Source: Hormiphora californensis
Taxonomy: Eukaryota > Animalia > Ctenophora
NCBI GenBank assembly: GCA_020137815.1
Contig: WFME01000020.1
Span: 1-27,199 of the forward strand
DNA: 27,199 bases
Reading direction: 5' to 3'
A program made the position numbers and the translations under genes. The notes beneath the pieces were generated by a model. It made no database searches. It was given only the letters and a program-made list of their open reading frames with translations, and was not told the origin of the DNA. Numbering within the stretch: the stretch's first letter is position 1; every line of letters starts with the position of its first letter. Of the stretch, positions 26,315-27,199 are shown piece after piece.

Positions 26315-26670
26315 TCAGAGAGAGAGATCAGAGAGAAAGAAAGAGAATGTGAGAGAGAAAGAGAGAGAGAGAGAGAGATAGGGAAAGAGAGAATCGAAGG
26401 CAGAGAGGGAAAGCAGATGCAGGACGCTCATTGAGGTGGTGCCATCAGAAAAGATAAGGGCGTGTGTAGTGACGTAATGTTTATACTGTGTGTGTGTGTG
26501 ACTAGAAAGTGTCTTGTGGTGGTCTAAAAGCTTTACAGTGCTCTAATTTTTCATAATGCACTGACTAATTGCACTGTAACCGGTGCTCTAATTGTGTTAG
26601 AGCACCGGAAACGGTGCATTATGAAAACTTAGATCTACGGTCAAAATTGTACAATACACAATTATATATT
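25916..26670. mobile_element. Multi-hairpin element (Crypton-like candidate): cloverleaf block, (GA)n/(GT)n middle, second hairpin block
   Basis: A 16-bp perfect inverted repeat AATTAGATGACTGCTT (25916-25931 / 26173-26188) encloses five hairpins. (GA)n spans ~26243-26390 and a nested hairpin lies at ~26542-26632. The right boundary is uncertain. Confidence 0.55.
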
Positions 26671-27199
26671 TACGCAGTATACACATTACACACCCTGGAC
26701 ACGCCTAGTAGTCTAGTACTAGTTTTTTAGTACCATGGTTATGCATCCCGCTAGGATGTACATAACGAATAACGATCCCTCATGGTGTAGTTCTATGTAA
26801 GTCAGGGCGATGGGCCATTTACTGTTTATCCTTTTCTTCCGTTCAAATGTGAACATTTGTAAAACTGAAACATTTAAACTCAGTATTTTACTTTTTTAAA
26901 CAAGTTAATTTAGATTCTCTCAAATTCTCAAAATACTTACTCCCCCCTTTCGATTTCAAAATCAAAAGGATGTGAATTGTGGAATATGGAGTGTGAATAC
27001 ATATAAATAGGCAGAAGAATGAAGAATATCGAATTTCTCACTCTCTCTCAACTCTGACCTCTCACACATCAGAATCACTTTCAGTTTTATCAGTTCCCAA
27101 AACCGACCCCTGTCGAATAGCCCAAACTTTCTCTGGCTCTGATTCTCTCCCCCTCTCTCCTCCGCTCTTTTTCAAACTTAAAAGGCCACCTAAGTTTCC

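Noticed and set aside
25512-26796. Possible + strand exons (about 25512-25624, 25699 onward, ~26731-26796; also ~21194-21226)
   Set aside because: Splice-like borders and short open frames exist, but there is no recognisable protein and no convincing chain of exons. Transcript data are needed.

Overview
Repeat-dense animal genomic DNA with short GT-AG introns, (GA)n/(CA)n tracts and a 100-N gap. The MITE repertoire and GPCR style suggest a ctenophore such as Pleurobrachia; this is recollection, not checked. The left half holds spliced host genes the ORF track misses: the 3' part of an unknown + strand gene, a - strand gene for an acidic-repeat/PH-domain/coiled-coil protein (10 exons), a - strand gene for a secreted Sushi/CCP-like protein, and the TM7 (NPxxY) plus tail of a rhodopsin-type GPCR. 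Several exons carry small indels that look like consensus errors. The right half is a nest of transposons: two CR1-like LINE relics; two inverted copies of a 2.6-2.8 kb long-TIR element with ACTGCC ends and 2-bp TSDs; three elements with TTGG...CCAA ends and 9-bp TSDs; hAT-, Harbinger- and Tc1-like MITEs; two multi-hairpin cloverleaf elements; and a possible Chapa/RAG1-N-terminal-like zinc-finger fragment. The most unusual items are a 288-bp palindrome built from two back-to-back tRNA-like Pol III units, the cloverleaf elements, the TTGG/9-bp family and the zinc-finger fragment. All analysis was by eye; no searches were run.
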